NCBI GenBank assembly: GCA_951406725.2
Contig: OX597819.1
Coordinates: 43,896,001-43,960,000, forward strand
Length of the DNA: 64,000 nt
Origin: Octopus vulgaris
Taxonomy: Eukaryota
Direction of reading: 5' to 3'
The notes under the pieces are model-generated. The model made no database searches. It saw only the letters and a list, made by a program, of their open reading frames with translations, and was not told the DNA's origin. Position numbers and translations under genes: made by a program. This document shows positions 1-16,189 of the stretch, in pieces (position 1 is the stretch's first letter; each line of letters opens with the position of its first letter).

Positions 1-1415
1 TAGAACATCGCATCCAATTCAAAAACAATCCCAAATAAAAACTATAGCATACACATGTATTGAGGTTGAGCAAAGCAAGGTCAGATTAAAAGTGCCTAAA
101 ACCAGTCTGGAGCATTAATACCTGTGTCACTCGAGGGAAACGTTTTGGTGCTATTGAAGTAAGGTTTCAAACTGAAAAAGCGAAGAGTGACGAACTGCTA
201 CCGATTCCAACACTCCTAGGTCGGGGAGAGGCAAAACTAAAGGTGACTGAGGCGCCCGCAGAAGAATATCTCTCTCCTTGCTTGTGGAAGTGTATTCTGG
301 AAGTCCACAGAGTGGAAAAGGAGAATTAGTTAGATACATAGATGGAACACTATTACTTCAAGCAGAGTAAGTAATCATGGAGGCTATTCCTGACTTGGTC
401 AAGCTCCGAGATGATTTGCAGCTTTTCATAGCGCCACCAAACTGCTCCATCAATGTTTTACAAAATTATGTCCTGGAACAATTGTAACAAATTAATCATG
501 GGTGCAGGGTCTACAGAATGGACTAGATAACAGGAAGTGCACAGTAGACCTTTCAGAATGGAAAAGTCATTCAGAAATCACCATAAAAAAGTAGTAAGAT
601 ATCGGATATAATCAAAACAAGTGATTCTGATTGAATTCGTTGCATCACATGAAAGCAGAATGGAGTATGCCGACATCTACATGAATGAGAAATATACCAG
701 TTTTGCCGTCAAATTTAGAGAATCTGACATCTTAGTCTATGTCCTTGACATAAACATGGGAATAAAGGATTTTGTGGCCAAATATGCCCATATTATCATG
801 AAGCGATTATCACTTTCTGGGTAAAAGTGAATCAGAATTGTAAAGATAATGCCAGAAACAGTCGAAAAGAATTTAATCTGGATTTGATTAGAGTGAACTT
901 CAAAACGTATAACTTACTCTACATGAAACTGGTGCCTCAGACCGAAGTGGAAGCGCCATACAAAGTACCTTGATTCAAGGGCAGTATTATCACTCTCAAA
1001 GATGCAGGTTAATATGCACACAGCAGAGCAAAAATCTGAAAGCAAAGGAATATCAAGATGTCATGACTTGGATACGGCATGGACCCTTTACAACGCAAAG
1101 AGTTAAGGGTCAAAACACTTATATAAGAGGTAGGGATTCATCTCACATATCTCGCTGCTGTTCAACTTTCCATATAGTTCATTACACGCACCAAACACAT
1201 GACGCACGCGAGCATACATGCACATATATACATATGTGCATGTGTGCGTGCGTGTGTATATGCATATATATATATATATAAAGTGTAGGAAGATTTAAAG
1301 TTTATGCTCCATGGTCGTAACTTCAACCGTGTTTTTTCTGTTGTGATTTTTGCTACCCAGGTATCGGTTATCATTTGAATTATCCGTAATAAGATAATTC
1401 ATTTATCTACTTCAA

Positions 1416-1460
<45 letters not shown>

Positions 1461-1462
1461 AT

Positions 1463-1592
1463 ATAAGGCAAATAAGTAACAAGGATGTCCAGGTAATAAC
1501 TGGACACCCTTGTTATTTATTTGGTGTGCGGATAATACCGGGCTGACTTGGTGCCTCAACTTAAGTACCTTTTTCAGCTGAATCTTAATTAA

Positions 1593-1596
<4 letters not shown>
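1463..1596 (+). mobile_element. Short fold-back insert (PLE-type 3' terminus with inverted duplication) in a (TA)n array
   Basis: Arms caaataagtaacaaggatgtccag / ctggacacccttgttatttatttg (1469-1523, 2 mismatches). The tail carries GGTGC..AAGTAC..GAAT, also found at the end of the GIY-YIG element (18181-20685). TA repeats flank both sides. Confidence 0.6.
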
Positions 1597-3530
<1,934 letters not shown>

Positions 3531-3639
3531 GATATATGTGTGTGTTTGTGCGTTTCTCTCTATGTGTGTTATTTTAATTGCAATAACTTCATTTGCTTTG
3601 GTTATTCATGTAGATGTCTTACCAAAAGCAATATATAAC

Positions 3640-4312
3640 ACTGATGATGATGATGATGACGACGACGACGACGACGATGACTATAACGATGATGGTGGTG
3701 GTAGTGGTGGTGGTGTTGGTAGTGACAGTGTTGGTCGCGTTAGTGATGATGGTGATGGCGATTGTATTAGCAGTGACGGTAAATATGGCGGTAAGGTAGC
3801 TTTAGTTGCATTGGTAGCGTTGGTAGTTGTGGTGGTGGTGGTGGTGGTGGTGGTAGCATTGGTGGTAAGGCATGTGTTTAAAACTTTCATAAAAACCTAT
3901 GTTGATCGTTGACTGAATTCTCGAAGTTTCAAAGTTAAATATTGCGTAGAAGATATACATAAATACATAATACATAATACATACATATATACATACATAT
4001 ATATGTATGTATATATATATATATATTTATATATATATTTGTTTTTGTGTTTATTTTATTTATTTATTTATGTTTGTATTATGCTATTTTTTAAATAAAT
4101 AAATGAATAAATAAATATATAAAGGAACAGCCTTCCAAAATTTCACCTTGACTGGTGGTGCACCTGTTGTCAGCTTCAAACTTGCAAGAAGAAAGAAAAA
4201 TGAAGAAAAACTGCAACCGTAATAGCTACAACAAATGAAACAACAACAACAACAACAGAAACAAAAACAACAGAAACAACAACAACTACATCAACAACAA
4301 CAACAACAACAA

Positions 4313-4367
<55 letters not shown>

Positions 4368-4588
4368 AGCAGGAACTGCAACAGCAGCAACAGAAGCAGG
4401 AACTGCAACAGCAGCCAGCAACACCACCAACAGCAGCAACAACCACAATAATATCCGCAGTATCTGTAACAGCAACAACAACAACAACAATAATAATGAT
4501 AATAATAGCAGTAGTAGTAGTAGTAGTATCAGTGGTGGTGGTGGCGGTAGTAGTAGTAGTAGTAGTAGCAGCAGTGGTGGTGGTGGCG

Positions 4589-4627
<39 letters not shown>

Positions 4628-4645
4628 ATAGCAATAATAATAACA

Positions 4646-4708
<63 letters not shown>

Positions 4709-4800
4709 GCAACTGCAGCACCAACAGCAACAACGACAACCAAAACAGCTGCAACAAGAATACCAAAAGCACTACCACAACAAGAGCAACAACAATGAAA
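3640..4800. repeat. Trinucleotide repeat mosaics (GAT/GAC/GGT; CAA/CAG/TAG/TGG/TAA)
   Basis: Directly visible; source of the poly-Q/L/V/I ORFs. Confidence 0.95.
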
Positions 4801-5519
4801 CCCTCCCAAAAGTATCACCTCTCTACCTAAAAAGGAAAACACAAAAATATGAACAAAAAACTCCTCCTCTCCATTTGCCAAATCCCATCCCCCCCACGCA
4901 ACCTGCCCTCCCTCTCTCCCTCCCAGAGCATACAAAAACAACAACAACAACATACAACATTAAAAACCGTAGAATCCAATGTGCGCATGATATTTTTTTT
5001 CTTCTTCCTCTCTACGCCACGCATCACTGCCCTTCTTCCGCTAAATGTTGTGTCACAAAATTCCATCATTTCACGTGGCTTGCCGACTGTTAGTGTTTGA
5101 TAAAAGTTGAAGTCTGAAACACATTCTTGTCTCCATGGCATCGAATCGCAGAGCTGTTCATAGCACAGAGTATTTGACGTGAAAGATAATTTTTCTTGCT
5201 TCCCCTGTTCGGCTAGGGGTTTGGGGTTAGGGGTTAGAGGTTTGGAGTTTGAGTGTGCGGGTGATGGGGCTTTATGTTTGCAAACCACATGGCTGGGAGT
5301 TTTAATAGTAACCATTTGGTATAGGCGTAGGGCAAGGTTATGCACAACATATCATGCATGACTAAATTGTTAATCCCTCAGAATATGTTTATAACCCGGC
5401 AAGCTATTTTTTTCAATGATTTTCGAATATTTTTGTGATTATTCTAAAATGGTTATTGTTTGGCTTTATTGTAACAATTGTAATCATCATCATCGTCATG
5501 GTCATCGTTGTTTTTATTG

Positions 5520-5650
5520 TTTAACCCCCACGTCTCCTCTGATGGAGCAGACCTATGATCAAAGGTGTTCCAGTAATGACCATCCAGTCGCTTTGGATAT
5601 ATCTAGGACTTCAATGGTCAAAAGTATCTTTATTTTAGAGAGTAGCATGT
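5520..5650 (+). repeat. Fragment of an old unclassified dispersed repeat (family D)
   Basis: gcagacctatgatcaaaggtgttccagtaatgaccatc recurs in degenerate form near 29415. Related ttggctgctatt-containing pieces occur near 25110, 31675 and 38135, and on the - strand near 48300 and 60040. Confidence 0.5.
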
Positions 5651-5742
5651 AAAACAGAAATAGCAGGAAAACCAAGTGCAAACATTTCATTTTTCTATTT
5701 GGCCATAAGGTCCCTTAGGACTTGCTAGACGACAAGAGGAAG

Positions 5743-6036
5743 ATGTATTCAAAGCGAAGGTCAAGCCCTAAAACTTGCAACTTACTTGATTCCTCTGTTA
5801 AAAGCACCCAAGTTCCAGGTGTCAGTGATAAACCTATCAATGGATTAAGTCGACTGACCATGTGGATCACGACGGAATTTGAATCCAGAACGAAAAGAGT
5901 CAGAACAAATACCGCAACAGAGTACTTCCCAAAGTTTTTAACTATCACACCCACCTTTTTTACTGGCATATTTTCAAGACCCCGTTGCTGCAGTTTAGCA
6001 GAGTTAAATACATCACATGTAAATACGCACACACAA
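5743..6036 (+). CDS. Candidate coding exon of an unidentified host gene (MYSKRRSSPK...VNTHTQ)
   Basis: Unique, non-repetitive island with 98 open codons from ATG to a CAA|GTTAGT donor-like site (phase 0). Possible acceptor at 5709. No homology recognised. Confidence 0.25.
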
Positions 6037-6529
6037 GTTAGTGTGTTATTTAACACTACAGGTGCAATGACTGTCTTTATTGCATGTATGAAAATACACA
6101 CAAGATTTGACGTCGTTATAATTTACAAGCATGGTGGTACATATTCAGTTGTATTTGTTTATTTATTCACATTTTGTAGCCTATTATTATGGTTGATGTT
6201 GTATTTGTGGTGATTATGACAAACAAGCGTTTATCATATCACATTAATGTTTTTCAAGTTAATAATTAAATAGGAGAGAAAAGCTAAACAATACAGTGCA
6301 AATGTCTCGTGTCACCAAATATATGATACATTGAGGAACCCTTTGGTGTGATTGATAGAGTTTGGCCGTAATCACTAAAGAGAAAAACTGTTACTCTACT
6401 CATGAAGTTAGTGTTACTTCTTAGATATTGTAAAGTGCGACAGATGCTAGCCAAATGCTAGTCTTTGAGATATTGTTTTTCTCATAGTTTCTGTGTGTCT
6501 CGCTTTAGAATTTCTACAATTTATTGATT

Positions 6530-6748
6530 CTATTCTTTTACTTGTTTCAGTCATTTGAATGCAGCCTTGCTGGAGCACTGCACCGCTTTCAAGGTCTTTT
6601 TAGTCGAAGAAATCGACCCCGGGACTTCTTCTTTGTAAGCCTAGTACTTATTCTGTCGGTCTATTTTACGGAACAGCTAAATTACGGGAACGCAAACACA
6701 TCAATATTGGTTGTCAAGCGATAATAGGCGGACAAACACAGACACAAA

Positions 6749-6793
<45 letters not shown>

Positions 6794-7491
6794 AGATATA
6801 CCGTAAATCATCGAGTATAGTCCGCCCTTGAGTATAATACGCAGGGGATTTTTAAGGAGCTGTACCTCTGAAAAACCTAAACCATGTGTATAATACGCAC
6901 CCCTTCTCTAACTTGAGCCTTGCGTAATTAAGCCAGCATCACCTAGTCGAACAAACACTTCCGCGCATGCGTAATACAATAATGGTGATGTTCTTAACTG
7001 TTATATGGAAATGTAAATATGTTTGCAAATTGTTTTTGTTACATGTTATTCTATGTTCTGAATACATTTATTTTAATAAATGTTGCTTACTGCAAGTTAT
7101 GGATGATTCTTTTATGACTTCATTGCTTTCAGGCTTAGCTTAAGGTATTTTCGCGCCCGACATCACAATATGTGTCCGAATAAACATTGCCGGAGAGCAA
7201 ATAGAGACTAGGACATTGCTTAGAAAATATTTTTCATTTTTAACCTCGTATATAATACGCAGTAGGGATTTCGACCTTTAAGTTTTGGGAAAAAGGTGTG
7301 GATTATACTCGAGGATTTACGGTATATACAACGGGCCTCTTTCAGTTTCCGCTTTACCAAATCCACTCACAAGGCTTTGGTCGGCCCGGTGCTATAGTAG
7401 AAGACACTTTCCCAAGGTGCCACGCAGTGAAACTGAAACCGGAACCATGTGGTTGAGGAGTAAGCTTCTTACCACACAGCCACATCCCTAT
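6530..7491 (-). mobile_element. tRNA-derived SINE, family A, split by a MITE
   Basis: 3' half (6530-6798) and 5' half (7323-7491) match intact copies at 32915 and 38654 in reverse complement. Confidence 0.88.
6801..7322. mobile_element. pogo/Tc2-like non-autonomous DNA transposon (MITE)
   Basis: TIRs ccgtaaatcatcgagtatagtccgc / gtggattatactcgaggatttacgg with TA on both sides. Subterminal tataatacgca occurs three times. Inserted in the microsatellite linker of a SINE. Confidence 0.85.
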
Positions 7492-7632
7492 CCAGTTATT
7501 TCGCCAATATTGTACAGATGACACGTATTAGGTGCAAAACTGAAGTGTGCAAAGCTGCAGCAATTCCCGATAAGGCCACCGCAATACAAAGTGCTTGGGA
7601 GTGAACAAGCATCTTGCCAAATTTACTTATGA

Positions 7633-7674
<42 letters not shown>

Positions 7675-7680
7675 GGTCTG

Positions 7681-7745
<65 letters not shown>

Positions 7746-7767
7746 ATACCTAGCTCTATAAACAACA

Positions 7768-7959
7768 GTGTGCTCAATAGTTCCTGGCTTTATGGGTATC
7801 GCACAAGGCATGGTTGGACGCCCAACATTCCGAGTTTTTTTTACAGGGACCGCTGCAATAAGTGTGTGAATCTGAGAGGGGAATACGTTGAATAAAATCA
7901 TAATTAGCTGATCCTCCTGTGTTTTCTCTTACTCAAAGGAATTTTTCAGCACACCCTCG
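7768..7959 (+). mobile_element. mariner-derived MITE
   Basis: Degenerate TIRs gtgctcaatagttcct / aggaatttttcagcacaccctcg-TA. Retains a transposase C-terminus (DRCNKCVNLRGEYVE*). Second copy at 47860. Confidence 0.75.
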
Positions 7960-7991
<32 letters not shown>

Positions 7992-8337
7992 TGTATGTAT
8001 GTATGTATGTATGTATGTATGTATGCATGCATGCATGCATGCATGCATGCATGCATGCATGCATGTATGTATGTATGTATGTATGTATGTATGTATGTAT
8101 GTATGCATGCATGCATGCATGCATGTATGTATGTTTGTATGTATGTATGTATATACATATACATATACATATATATGTGTGTGTATGTGTGTGCATATAA
8201 ATATATACATATATATATATATACACACATGTACATAAACATGCATATCATAAATACATGTGCTTCTAAATATAGCCACGCATAAATTCACACATACATG
8301 CATATATATATATATATATATTGATATATATATATAT

Positions 8338-8411
<74 letters not shown>

Positions 8412-8991
8412 GTGTGTGTTTATATATATATATATTTACATGTATATACAGGCACAAAGCGAAGGAAAAGAGAGAGAGAGTGAGATAGAGAGAAAGAGGG
8501 GAAGAGAGAGTGAAAGAGAGTTATATGAAAAGATATAGGCAGTATTTTAGACATGCCAGGTTTCGTCTAGCTGAAGACTAAATGCAAATTCCATCATAAG
8601 TGATATTTCCTGCAAGATCTCACAAGAAGTACTTCGAAAATTGGCATGTGAACACAACTGAGTATGTGTGTATTTGTGTGTGTATGTGTGCGTGCGCGCG
8701 CATGCCTGTGTTCGCGCACGCGCATTGAATAGGATTCTTTGAGTTCTGACTGTAAGATGAAGAGATGCTCTGGTGTCTTACTGAATATTTGTTAAGGCCA
8801 ATAAGTTGTTAAATTATCGGATCATTGTTAAAAGATGCAGACAAGACCATTCCACGCTCTGTTGAGGTTCAGAAAACTGCTTGTGAATTGGCATTCCGTT
8901 ATTTGCACTATCTTGTATAAATATATGTATGCACGCATATTTTTGTATACATTCGTACATACATACATACATACATACATACATACATACA

Positions 8992-9379
<388 letters not shown>

Positions 9380-9616
9380 AGCATGGGTCTACACACGCAT
9401 ATAGTGACATTTAGTGCGTTGTAATATCTGCGTAATGCTACCAACCGGTTATTATTATCTAAATGGCTCAATCTCAAAGCAATCACAATCTGTTTTCACA
9501 ATATGCGCGTGCGTAGATAAATATATAAATGTGAATATATATACTTCGTTTCGTATCTGGTTTGCAAGATTCTTGATGTGTATTCCCGAGACATACGTAT
9601 GTGTATATATAGACAA

Positions 9617-9694
<78 letters not shown>

Positions 9695-9847
9695 TACTCT
9701 TACACACACGCACAAATATGTACACAGTACCCGGTACACAAGCATGCAATATGTATGCATACATACGTATTCACATCCACACACATACACACACACACTT
9801 ACGCACGCACATACACACACTTACACATGCACGTACACACACACACG

Positions 9848-9913
<66 letters not shown>

Positions 9914-10547
9914 GGTATGTGGGCTAATTCTCCACGTCAGACTGACACAATGTTTTCGTAGTTTCTTTTAAGTTTTTTACATGCATTTTCGTTACTCATA
10001 TTTCTTCTCTCTTCTTCCATCTCTCTCATCTCTCTCTCTCTCCCTCTCTCTCTCTCTCATGCTCACTCTTTCCACTTCTCATTATCTTTCTCAGCATCTC
10101 CCATTGCTTTCCACCTCCGCCAATCCCTCCAACACATTCCTTGCATCTAATTCACCATAATTTTCGAAGCTATTGTAACGCTCACACCTCACCTCATTCC
10201 TGTTTTTAGGGAACAATAGTTACATAAAACACAAGTTCACATGTACATGCATGCATGCATGCATACATACATGTACACTTACATGCACACACATACCCCC
10301 GTATATATACACACATATACGTACGCAGTCATGTATGTGCATGTATATAATGTATTTGAGTATGTATACGTATACATATATACATACAAACATGCATATA
10401 TATTTACATATATACATGGAGTTTCAGCTGACTTGGACTTGTGTTTTCCATTCCATTTCACATACATACATACATACATACATACATACATACATACATA
10501 CATACATACATACATACATACATGCATGCATACGTACGTACATACAT

Positions 10548-10920
10548 AGGGTAAAAGGTATGTACCATCATAGAGGTCAGATGTCCTGCAAGTATAAATA
10601 TCTCTTTGAAAATCAAAGAAAAAGAGGATATATATGGATAACTGCTTCGGAACCTCCAGTTTCTATATCCAAAATATGAATTCATATTCCTACTAGTAAT
10701 AATTGGACCTCTAGTTTTTCTTAGTAAATGCTTAAAGGAGAATCTAGATGAACTAGGATTTTCAGAAGGAGAAATCGACCAGTTAATTCGTACATTAAAA
10801 GTGCAATCTGTGAGTGGAACAGTAAAAAAATGCAAGCTCCAAATTTGAATTTTCTGAGTTAACCACATCCCAAGGATGGGGCCTTGTATATTTGTTGCAA
10901 AGCGGCTCCCTCAGTAGAGG
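10548..10920 (+). pseudogene. 3' fragment of an RLE-type (restriction-like endonuclease) non-LTR retrotransposon
   Basis: Manual translation gives KVCTIIEVRCPASINISLKIKEKEDIYG*LLRNLQFLYPKYEFIFLLVIIGPLVFLSKCLKENLDELGF...QSVSGTVKKCK, matching the E-x-x-CP / K-x-x-x-Y / IIG motifs of RLE C-termini. One stop codon. Abuts (TACA)n. Confidence 0.7.
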
Positions 10921-10933
10921 ATTTATTATAATT

Positions 10934-11436
10934 CTTTTCTACTCTAGGCACAAGAGGCTAGTCGATGAGATCGACCCTAGAATGCAACTGGCACTTAATT
11001 TATCGACCCCGAAAATCAAACTCAACCTCGTTGGAATATGAACTCAGAACGTAAAGAAAGACGAAATACCGACAAGGACAGACAAATGGATTAAGTCGAT
11101 TACATCGACCCCAGTGCGTAACTGGTACTTATTTAAACGACCCCGAAAGGATGAAAGGCAAAGTCGACCTCGGCAGAATTTGAACACAGAACGAAACGGC
11201 AGACGAAATACCTTTTTTTTTTTACTACCCACAAGGGGCTAAACACAGAGAGGACAAACAAGGACAAACAAAGGGATTAAGTCGATGATATCGACCCCAG
11301 TGCGTAACTGGTACTTAATTTATCGACACCGAAAGGATGAAAGGCAAAGTCGCCCTCGGTTGAATTTGGACTCAGAACGTAACGGCAGGCGAAATACCGC
11401 TAAGCATTTCGCTAACGTTTCTGCCAGCTCATTGCT
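10934..11436 (-). mobile_element. SINE family B concatemer (three partial units)
   Basis: Repeated core gtcgactttgcctttcatcctttcggggtcg (Nin-domain-like) and B-box gagttcaaatt. Flanked by gatttattataatt (10920-10933) and gatttataataatt (11442-11455). Confidence 0.88.
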
Positions 11437-11626
11437 TTGAAGATTTATAATAATTAAAAAAAGAAGAGACATACATACATATATATATAGATAGATACAC
11501 ATGTATGTATGTACGTGTGTATGTGTGTATGACTAAAAGTAAGATTCAAGTATCGAGGTGTACGAAGTTAGTAAGCTTTGGGTGTTTTGTTTTTGTTTTT
11601 TTATTTTTTTGACTAAAGTATATATA

Positions 11627-11712
11627 TAGCCTGATGATTAGCTAGTGATGTACCCCTCGTTTGAAGTATTACTATTTACGAGGTTCTGCTATCTATGAAA
11701 CATATGTAACCT
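11627..11712 (+). ncRNA. Minimal type I hammerhead ribozyme motif, partly decayed
   Basis: CTGATGA at 11631; long helix II with cctcgt/acgagg; GAAA-CATATG-TA (palindromic helix III, GUA site). Helix I pairs poorly. Confidence 0.55.
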
Positions 11713-11843
11713 GGATTTTATCTACGTCATCCCCTAAATTACACACACACACACACAGAAACACACACACACACATGTTTATATAAAAATGTATATATAT
11801 ATTATGTATAGGTATGTATATATATATGTATGTATATGCATAA

Positions 11844-12220
<377 letters not shown>

Positions 12221-12309
12221 TATATGTATACATACACATACACACGAAAGTATGTATGTATGTTTGTGTACACGTAAAGAAAGTAGCACCCTCTGTGACG
12301 AATATCATC

Positions 12310-12590
12310 TAGCACATTCATCCATACCTGAATGTGTTATTTATAACGCTGTAGACTTCGGCGAACGTCCCCGAAAATCATTTAGACGAAAAAATACTAA
12401 ACAGCTTCGAAATTCTATATCGGTTGATTAGATCTAGTCAGCGCCGCCGGATGGCGTTACTGTATCATGTGATTTCACGGTTTTGCGGATCAGCAGCAGT
12501 AGAAACTCAAGCACTGGATGCCAGGCAGAAAATCATTCAAACCTGTATGGAACAATGCTGGCCCAACAAGCAAAAGACTGGCGAATGCGT
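12310..12590 (+). pseudogene. Possible decayed RTE-clade LINE C-terminus
   Basis: IPECVIYNAVDFGERPRKSFRRK resembles the RTE PK-x-LYG...GRP-x-KR segment; heavily degenerate. Confidence 0.35.
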
Positions 12591-12663
12591 GTGTATGTGT
12601 ATGTGTATATACATACATACATACATACATACATGTATATATATATATACGTGGCTCCGTGGA

Positions 12664-12779
12664 GGCGCAGGCGTGGTTGTGGTAAGAAACTTGTTTCACA
12701 ACCACATAGTTTCGCTTTGGGTCCCAACCAAAGCCCTTTGAATAGATTTGGCGGACGGAAACCGGAAGAACTCGTCGTA

Positions 12780-12790
<11 letters not shown>
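12664..12790 (+). mobile_element. SINE family A, 5' fragment with internal deletion
   Basis: ggcgcaggcgtggttgtggtaag...ggaaaccggaagaactcgtcgtat aligns to the 38654 copy. Confidence 0.75.
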
Positions 12791-12857
<67 letters not shown>

Positions 12858-12858
12858 T

Positions 12859-12920
<62 letters not shown>

Positions 12921-13279
12921 ATATATACATACATGCACACAGACACACACACAATTAATATAAACATGAAGCTGCAATGTCTCATCAAAAAGGGGAATTA
13001 TGATTGTCACCAAATGTGATTAGAGTGTTAAACAATATGTTTAAAATACTGGCATCCGTATGCAGTAAAGTGTTTCCTCGCGGGGTAAAAACAATTTGTT
13101 AATAGGAAATCGTAGGGGTATTAGGTCTAGAGAAGTTAAGTCGAAATTTCTTGAACCGCCTTTGCTGCATGTGACGGGCGTATTTTTCAGATTTTACACA
13201 AAATTTATATAGAAGGAGTTTTCGTAGAATATATTATTGTTTGAATTATGGAACATATTTCAAAGATTGTGCTCTAAAC

Positions 13280-13504
13280 CAGTGTTTCTTAAGCGGTTTT
13301 TTGGTTGTCTGTGGACCCCTTTGATTCCTATGTCACTTTCCTGGACCTCCAGAGAGATCATTGAATATAAAAAGAAATCCTACATTATTAGGAATTTTAT
13401 TAAAGAATTTGTTAATATATTTTGTGTACTGTAAAAGTATAAGCAGTTTCATTCTACAAACAAAATCTTATATAGGCCCCTAAAGAGCCAATTGAGAATC
13501 ACTG
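13280..13504. mobile_element. hAT (Charlie-like) MITE
   Basis: TIRs cagtgtttcttaa / ttgagaatcactg. The 8-bp flanks ctctaaac / ttctaaaa (6/8 identical) resemble the NTCTAGAN target. Confidence 0.7.
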
Positions 13505-13919
13505 TTCTAAAAGACTGACATCCCTATCCTTCGTACCTATGATGATTATGGACTCAACTATCAATAGGTAGATTGTCCTGTATCATCTGCCTCAGTTCAG
13601 TATGACAATGGTATTCTTGTATGTTTATTACTTGAAATAACTTCAGAAAATGATTATTGATAAATTAAATAATAATTAGATGTAAAGTATCATGAACGAA
13701 CTTACTCAATATTTGGAGTAGAATTTATTCAAATATTTATTTAAATTGAAGACTTGCCTGATACTGGAGTTTCATATTCTATGATCCCCCAGAGCATTAC
13801 TAAAGGCGTTGAAACAGTTACACCATCTCATATGCTAATCAGACTTATTATTAATCCATTGACAGGTCTAGTTTATTCGCTGGCTCATAGAATCACAGCT
13901 TGATATTTAGTATTACCCA

Positions 13920-14031
<112 letters not shown>

Positions 14032-14954
14032 ATACATTTTTCTCAATTTCATTCAAAATAAACTGCAGCAAGTAAATTCTCTCCACATTCGCTGCAGAAT
14101 GAGTTTATATTCTGTGGACCTTTAACAGGTTCACTCATTCCCCTATTGTTTTTATCAGCACATTACCTATTACTGTAGTTTTGTCTTGTTAATTATTACC
14201 TTTGCTTCTTTTTTTTTTTTTTTTGAACAATTATCATTGAACGAGATTGTCCTTGATCTGTCAGATTTACATCTAAATGACATGTTTATCCAGATGTCCT
14301 CTGTCGATTCGGACCCGTGTCTTTGGATATTAGATTATCTCAAACTTGGCTGATACATATCTAGCGGCATGCAAAGTTTCCTCGAAATTCTTTAAGATAT
14401 TTTTTTCATCAGGAGCGTAGTTATAGTAAGATATAAGGAATCTTCGACTCTCTTACTTAGATGGAAAGTTAGTTATGTCATAACACCATCGCGATCATAG
14501 TTATCTATTTGACAGTATAGCTAAATTTCACTGCTATGTAGGCACCTCCTGGTACCTACATGGCACATTAACGTTGTAAGCATTAATCTAGATAAAATAA
14601 AATAATATTCGTTTTTCTTTGTGCATATTCACTGATAGGCGGAGGAGAAAAGCTCCTATGATCTTTGTAAGTTTTTTTTAATATAGTGAAGAACTATGGG
14701 TTGATATCGTTGAGAAAGTGCGTATAAGAAAGAAGATTAACGAAGATTCTTCAAAGATATCAGTGTGGATTAAAGAAAGAGGTGAATAGAAATAGAAGTG
14801 ATAGGAAAGACAAATGCATCATAAGGTCCAATATGGCCGAGTGGACATTGTAGATATATGGCACATAAGCTGCTATTGAGCCGATAAACGTTAGAAGTGA
14901 CCAACATAAGATACACCTGAGTGCAGCATGTTGAGTAATATACATATACATACA

Positions 14955-15021
<67 letters not shown>

Positions 15022-15023
<2 letters not shown>

Positions 15024-15326
15024 AGGCGCAATGGCCCAGTGGTTAGGGCACCGAACTCGCGGTGGTAGGATCGCGGTTTCGATTCCCATTCCGGGCGTTG
15101 TGAGTGTTTATTGAGCGAAAACACCTAAAGCTCCACGAGGCTCCGGCAGGGGGTGGTGGCAATCCCTGCTGTACTCTTTCGCCACAACTTTCTCTCACTC
15201 TTTCGTCTATTGGCCTGCTCACCTAGCCAGCGGGATGACGTAATTTGAAGGCAAAAACAATGCTAAGCGCATTGTGACCAGCGATGTGTAGCAACATCTG
15301 ATAGCCTGGTCAGTGACGGTGATCAC

Positions 15327-15330
<4 letters not shown>
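15022..15330 (+). mobile_element. tRNA-derived SINE, family C (single copy here)
   Basis: tRNA-like head with A-box tggcccagtgg and B-box gtttcgattcc, then a ~230-bp non-tRNA body ending in (TA)n. Confidence 0.8.
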
Positions 15331-15364
<34 letters not shown>

Positions 15365-15371
<7 letters not shown>

Positions 15372-15620
15372 TAAATAATATGGGTGTAAAATTGAATATT
15401 AATTTGATTAATATCAATTTAAAACCAGTGGCCTAGTATACTGAAAAATCTGAAGATTCAGAAATAATATATTTCATAGATATAAGAGGGATGACCACTA
15501 AGAGGATATCCATTATGCTAGAAGAGGACACCTTGAGAACAATTTTTTCTTAGTGGTCAGACCATATGGGGTCTTCTTCTAGCATAATCGATGCCCACTT
15601 CGTGGTGATCCCTCTTATAT
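15365..15620. mobile_element. Fold-back PLE-type terminus, older, in (TA)n
   Basis: Diverged ~53-bp inverted arms (about 15480-15533 and 15568-15620). The unpaired end (accagtggcctag) resembles the 52206 and 63521 elements. Confidence 0.55.
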
Positions 15621-15661
15621 GTATATATATATGTGTATATATATGTATATATATATGTATG

Positions 15662-15787
<126 letters not shown>

Positions 15788-15916
15788 ATTTTTAAAACTC
15801 ATCATTCAAGCCATCTCTTTCTCTCTCTCCTTAGTCGTTGCAACTGCAAAAATGTAAGCGCAAGTGATTTTTGGCGATTTTATTTCCTCCTTCGTCTGGT
15901 ACTTTACTGTTTTCCT

Positions 15917-15951
15917 GTTTCAGAAGAAGAGCCATGCCCGAAACGTAAGAC
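15917..15951 (+). ncRNA. Minimal HHR-like motif with a core substitution
   Basis: gttt-CAGAAGA-a-gagc-cat-gccc-GAAA-CG-TA-agac. Helix I is gttt/agac and helix III is palindromic ACGT; U4 is replaced by A and helix II has one mismatch. Confidence 0.5.
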
Positions 15952-16155
15952 TACTACTCTTTTCCTTCTCTGAGCGTCTTATTAATACATTTGTTTCTTT
16001 TTTTCCCGGTGTGTTTTTTAATTGACTATATATATATGCATACGTATATCTATAGCCATACATACAAACTTGGAGTAAAGATTTGACATTTGACAAGGTA
16101 TCATAGATGATAATATTCATAATTCTCAAAGCCCTTTTTAATATATGCCTTTTAA

Positions 16156-16180
<25 letters not shown>

Positions 16181-16189
<9 letters not shown>

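Noticed and set aside
4176-4953. Poly-Q/L/V/C ORFs up to 220 aa
   Set aside because: Trinucleotide mosaics with no unique coding content or splice signals; the same applies to 26463-27310, 30766-31107 and 49804-50178.
5212-5242. ttagggg-like repeats suggesting an interstitial telomere
   Set aside because: Only 3-4 degenerate 7-mers, not (TTAGGG)n. It could form a weak G-quadruplex, but nothing else supports a role.
8535-8600. gtct..agac-GAAA hairpin on the - strand and a nearby ctgaaga
   Set aside because: The core elements lie on opposite strands and helices I and III do not form; not an HHR.
15022-15100. tRNA-like sequence
   Set aside because: No proper acceptor stem or terminator, and it continues into a SINE body; treated as a SINE head.
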